From: Candidatus Brocadiia bacterium
GTDB taxonomy: Bacteria > Planctomycetota > Brocadiia > SM23-32
Reading direction: 5' to 3'
DNA: 20,929 nt
NCBI GenBank assembly: GCA_046538485.1
Contig: JBKHIT010000072.1
Coordinates: forward strand, 1 to 20,929
In this document: in pieces, positions 20,439 through 20,929 of the stretch
How the letters are laid out: every line of letters starts with the position of its first letter
Position numbering within the stretch: position 1 is the first letter of the stretch
Translations under genes and position numbers: made by a program
The notes under the pieces: model-generated
What the model was told of the DNA's origin: nothing
The model's database searches: none
Seen by the model: only the letters and a program-made list of their open reading frames with translations

Positions 20439-20927
20439 TCAGTGACACTTCCATCTTTCGGCGGAAGCGAATTGCTCAAGAGGTTGCCATCCTGTTGTAC
20501 CCCGATGGGACTCCGGATCTCCTACACCGCCTTCACGCCAATGTATTTTAGTCCACCTCACCTTATAGCTTTTTTGATAAGCGCGGAGTTGCCATGTTCT
20601 CCCGTCATTGCTGCTTCGGGACCAGCCATAGTTGTATGTTGTACTTGTCGACCAAGCCGCACTAATACCACAGCTGAGGCCATGATAACCCACGGTAAAG
20701 TCTTCTTGAATCGTTGCTTCGAAACACCTTGCAACCCCCAAACTTACTTGATTTAGACCTGTGGCTTCCGCCCCAGTGAAATCGAATTTATACTGTTCAG
20801 CAACCATCAAATAGTAGCGATGAATACGTCCAAACATGTCAGTCTCCTCCTCCTGTTCCCGGTATATCACTGCTGGATTACCGACGTGAGGCAACGTCTG
20901 GCGCAGCCGGCGTTCTTCCTCCGCCCA
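20439..20927 (-). CDS. 3' part of a gene running off the window; Ser/Thr-rich beta domain resembling aerolysin/ETX-MTX2-like pore-forming cores
   Basis: Frame is open to the window edge (WAEEERRLRQTLPHVGN...). Contains FEATIQEDFTVGYHGLSCGISAAWSTSTTYNYGWS..GRTWQLRAYQK. Confidence 0.6.
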   Translation of the reverse strand, partial: WAEEERRLRQTLPHVGNPAVIYREQEEETDMFGRIHRYYLMVAEQYKFDFTGAEATGLNQVSLGVARCFEATIQEDFTVGYHGLSCGISAAWSTSTTYNYGWSRSSNDGRTWQLRAYQKSYKVRWTKIHWREGGVGDPESHRGTTGWQPLEQFASAERWKCH

Positions 20928-20929
20928 GG

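Overview
Bacterial chromosomal window. The gene content is compatible with a Planctomycetota/PVC-type organism, which is an inference. The left part (~1-8.6 kb) is housekeeping and metabolic: a ThuA-domain protein, an S1 sulfatase, asd overlapping a GcvH-like gene that lacks the lipoyl-lysine, a receiver-PP2C phosphatase, ligA, and an archaemetzincin-like protein that has lost HExxH. The right part (8.6-20.9 kb) is one minus-strand run of envelope/secreted genes. In transcription order it has two tandem units, each a beta-rich protein with an aerolysin-like-looking C-terminus followed by an AT-rich signal-peptide partner. Next comes an orphan tandem PstS-like protein, then a hairpin-rich REP-like spacer. 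The run ends with a module of a TonB/TolA-anchored VWA protein, ExbB/MotA, ExbD, ExbD and a large TPR-like protein. The best candidate for a new system is a polymorphic pore-forming-toxin/partner array beside a proton-motive-force motor whose putative transducer carries a VWA domain. No tRNA, rRNA, CRISPR array or transposase was recognised.
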